Shown here: positions 60,520 to 64,000 of the stretch, in pieces
Position numbering within the stretch: the stretch's first letter is position 1
Layout: every line of letters begins with the position of its first letter
From: Bispira polyomma
Lineage: Eukaryota
Length of the DNA: 64,000 nt
Assembly: GCA_965649765.1 (NCBI GenBank)
Contig: OZ287750.1
Location: forward strand, 74,710,001 to 74,774,000
Reading direction: 5' to 3'
The notes under the pieces: model-generated
Seen by the model: only the letters and a program-made list of their open reading frames with translations
Told to the model about the DNA's origin: nothing
Database searches by the model: none
Translations under genes and position numbers: made by a program

Positions 60520-61764
60520 TTATAGAAATTAAACTCTGAATGAACAAACAGCAGAAGTTTAATAAGCTGAGGATTTATTGAGGTATCAATGGATTACCCC
60601 TTTCGCAATGCTTATTTTGCATTAAGCATTAATGGGATAGATTTAACGAGTAAAGAAAGATTGACACAAAGTATATACATTTTTTTCCTCCAATGTGTAT
60701 CGTCTTTATAAAACATCAATGACCACATTTTTAAAGACAGTAAACGCTAAAATTTTGAGCTGGTAGAATGAAATCATTTTACTAAAGGTAAGAATTTCAC
60801 TCGAATTTATTATTCTTGCTGACCAATCTTTTAACGGACTACTAATATGGATAAGACCAAGATTTAATTATCTCCATTCAAGCTCTTTTTACGAAAATGG
60901 CATTTATATATGCTTTGTTAATTCGGTGAACTAGGACCCTTTATTTATCCAATTTCCTCAGACCTTCAAATTAAACTTGCATACTTGTTTTCTTATTTTC
61001 AGGTGAATATTTGTGTGCAGTATATACTCCACTCATCAGACAACACGTTCATCATGAACTTGGAGGAACTAAATTAGAAAAGCGTCTGTTGGCAGAAAAC
61101 ACCGGCCTACTAATCAGTTATAATGGGTGTCCATTTGATAATGAGGCACTGTCGGAGCATTTCCTTTTCACTGTAATTTATGGATATCACCCGGAGAGGG
61201 AAATTCTTCACAGACTGAAAGTGGTTCCTGTCACATGGAGAGGGTGAAGAAGGAAGGCTTATGGATACAAAAGCAGTCCTTTTTCCAATGTCAAAATACC
61301 ACTGGGTATTTTCAGGTAAATGCTTGCATGTTGGATGTCAACACGCCACTATGGAAAGGGTACATTTTCCACACAATGGCAGTATCACAATCCCTCTCAA
61401 CCCACTTGCTGCTATACCTTGGAGACCGAAGGATCTGGGGATTGAGAGAGTTCCACATCCATTTACTAATGGTTAAAAATATGAAAGCTTCAACTAAAAG
61501 TCTACCTCTCATTCACTCCACTGTGATGCTAAGCAGTATACACCCCTTTTTTCAATACAATGAAATGAACTGGTGTCATTTTACACAATGGATAGTGTAC
61601 AAGACCACCTACTACTACAGCTTCTATGTGGATAAGGCAAGCATGTTCCAACAATTATCTGTACCTCAGTAATCTGATCACATGGATCACCGTCCTAGCC
61701 AACATCAAGTGCTTTGAAAAGATGTAGGATAGTTCTGGACGTCTGTCTCGCCAGACTATGGCAG
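60520..61764 (+). pseudogene. Unidentified decayed coding-like sequence with splice signals, antisense within an Ssdp intron
   Basis: AAG|GTAAGA at 60787/8, TTTTCTTATTTTCAG| at 61002, CAG|GTATGT at 61764/5; between them higher GC and overlapping broken ORFs (61011-61247, 61261-61476). Confidence 0.35.
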
Positions 61765-64000
61765 GTATGTAGGAAAACTAGTCTCATTATACGTCAATAA
61801 TGCGTGTACTGTGGCATTTATTGTTGTAGCAGTATTTTTATATTCAGGATTTATACACAAGAGAGTAAATTTTTACCACTATTAAGTATTTTTATTTGGA
61901 GTTAATATATTTGAGGAAGCTTTTTGTTGGAATTAGATTTTTGATAAAAGGCGGGACAGGTCGGATTCATTGGCTTACATTTTATTAAATGGCAATATTT
62001 GTATCAATGTTACACATACTTTACCCCTTCTATGTGTGATGGGAAGGTTAAGCCCTGCCACTATTAAGTGTTCTAGCTTATTTAACGGTACACATCGTTA
62101 TTCAAAATGTACTTAAATGTTAAGAACCCCAGAACCCCACGTTGTATATACATTTGAAATTTCATTATGCAAACTTATGTTGTCCGAATGTGATTTTTTT
62201 TAACATCTTTCCATTTTTTTTAAATTTAGATTTCCCTATTGTTATTGCAATGTTTCATACAGAAATGCATCTTCTACTTTATCAACACTATATTATCTGA
62301 ACATAGTCTTTCTCTCCCAGCATGTTCAGATACCAGAGCTTCCGCTGTACTTCTATTTCTTTAAGTTTGGTTGTATCTCAGACTCTTTCCGGAATAAATG
62401 TGAACCCCATCGTATTTAGAGGTTATTTACATGGAAGTATAACATGGACAACAGTAAGCAAGTGTAAAATATGCATGTCTAAAGAATGAACCCCTGTCTA
62501 CAGAGACTTCCTTCCATATTCCAACCTAAACCCCCCCATGCAGTTTTGCATTTTAACAGTCACCACTGTCCTACTCTTATAGTGCCCATCTCTGGCCTGC
62601 CAAGCAAAACAAGATAAAAGCTATCCCCTGGGCAATCCTCACTACTCCACTACACAAGGAAACAGTTTTCTTATTATGGTAGGGGGATATGAAAAAGCTG
62701 CCTGTTCAATTTCCTGAACCATTAAGGCTCCAGTAATCTGCTCCTAGAAATGTGTCTTCTGAACCTTTATCTTCCTAGCAAACCCAACTGAAGTGCAGGA
62801 TATAAAACAGATACTCCAAACAAAACACACACCAGATTCACAGTCTTTCTTACAGCCAATTCAGAAAATAGAAGTACACTATACATGTATTAACAAACGA
62901 AAATGCATTTAGTGTCACAAGGGCACTTGTAAAATTTTTGTGCTCATTTATCCAATGGGGGTATTAAGTTTTAACCTGTCCCAGAATGCACTATCAAGAC
63001 AAAACTAAAATTTACCCTTAAAAAATGTTATGGTCACATGAAATTGGACATTCTGATAAAATACTCTGTTAAATCTGAATGTTTAGGGTGAAGTTAAACC
63101 ATCCTATGTGCGAATCTCACTTATTCTTATCACAGTTAAGATTAATCGTTCAAATATCATTAAAAAAAAGTTTACGAAAAGTATATTTAATATGATGTTG
63201 ACTCACACAATGATAAATTAAGTGTATTTACATGTACCGGGTAATTTGGTATACATAAATTTTAAACTCAAAATCACTTGACAGTTTAGATTTCAAATCT
63301 CAAATCAAACATATTGCAACATAAGAAACAAAAATAAACTTCTATATATATATTTTTTTAATTTTCCTTTTTATACTAGACGAGGTAGAGCCATCCCTCA
63401 ATAAACACTATCTGCTCTTTAAAATACAGAATTTTAAATCAAAAGATGCTAATAAAACATTTCATTTTTGTGATCTGCATCACCGAATTTTAAAAAGTAA
63501 TTTCGAGCTTTTATAGGAGAAGGAAAGCATGATCAATCATGTAGATGGCAACTGAGCCAGGTCATTATCTCACAACATGTTCCTCCACACATTTTGGCAT
63601 TAGTTTTCTTCTACCATGACAATAAAAGTACAACAGGGCCTACATAAGGCCCTAGGCTTAGTAGATGATGCAAAACATTTTAAATGTTATTAAAAGTCCT
63701 TACTTGCCTTGCCTAAGGCAGAAGTTTCCTGAATAATACTGAATGCTTAAGAATTCTACTTATCTCAAGCCACACTTGAAAGCATCAGGTACTCTTATAA
63801 ATCTTGTACACCCACACAGAGAAATATATATTCTTAGCAGGTGAGAAGTAGTCTACTGGATGAAAAAAATACCATTATGTGTGAGTAGATTATTATAAGT
63901 TAAATATGTACAGATTTTAATTTGTTTCAAATGACACAAGACATTAGGTTGAGCTTTAAACAAATCTAAGTCCATATATTCTATGTTCTGAAAATGTTTT

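Noticed and set aside
61235-61672. Longest ORF (145 aa) as a functional protein
   Set aside because: It has no recognisable domain and an atypical composition; it is probably an off-frame reading of the decayed relic.
62490-62597. Strong-looking minus-strand acceptor as an extra Ssdp exon
   Set aside because: There is no good donor, the translation is unrelated to the family, and it runs into a stop.
55400-64000. N-terminal LisH/LUFS exons of Ssdp
   Set aside because: I found no minus-strand segment encoding LALYVYEYL, LHSWWCVFWDLY or PPGFFQ-like motifs; these exons presumably lie beyond the window.

Overview
This is AT-rich eukaryotic genomic DNA from an invertebrate bilaterian, probably a lophotrochozoan such as a mollusc, judged from the repeat families and the protein C-terminus. 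It is not prokaryotic, and almost all ORFs in the six-frame track are spurious. The main feature is the 3' part of a minus-strand Ssdp/SSBP2-3-4 gene (LDB1/Chip cofactor). Eleven short coding exons from 55378 to 19834 have GT-AG boundaries and matching phases, and splice into 909 nt (302 aa plus stop). The N-terminal LisH/LUFS exons were not found and presumably lie beyond 64000. Downstream is a probable ~10 kb 3' UTR (about 19833 to 9840) with many conserved-miRNA seed matches and Pumilio elements. The rest of the window holds tRNA-derived SINEs, several MITE families, a 1.6 kb TGT...ACA TIR element, Helitron/Helentron-like elements with internal satellites, decayed LINE fragments and minisatellites. 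I cannot support a wholly new biological system. The most unusual observations are: (i) tandem duplication of the 5' splice site itself in two separate Ssdp introns, each behind an in-frame stop; (ii) a SINE with a ~130 bp duplication instead of a short TSD; (iii) a MITE that splits a LINE zinc knuckle; and (iv) an unidentified antisense coding-like relic near 60.5-61.8 kb.
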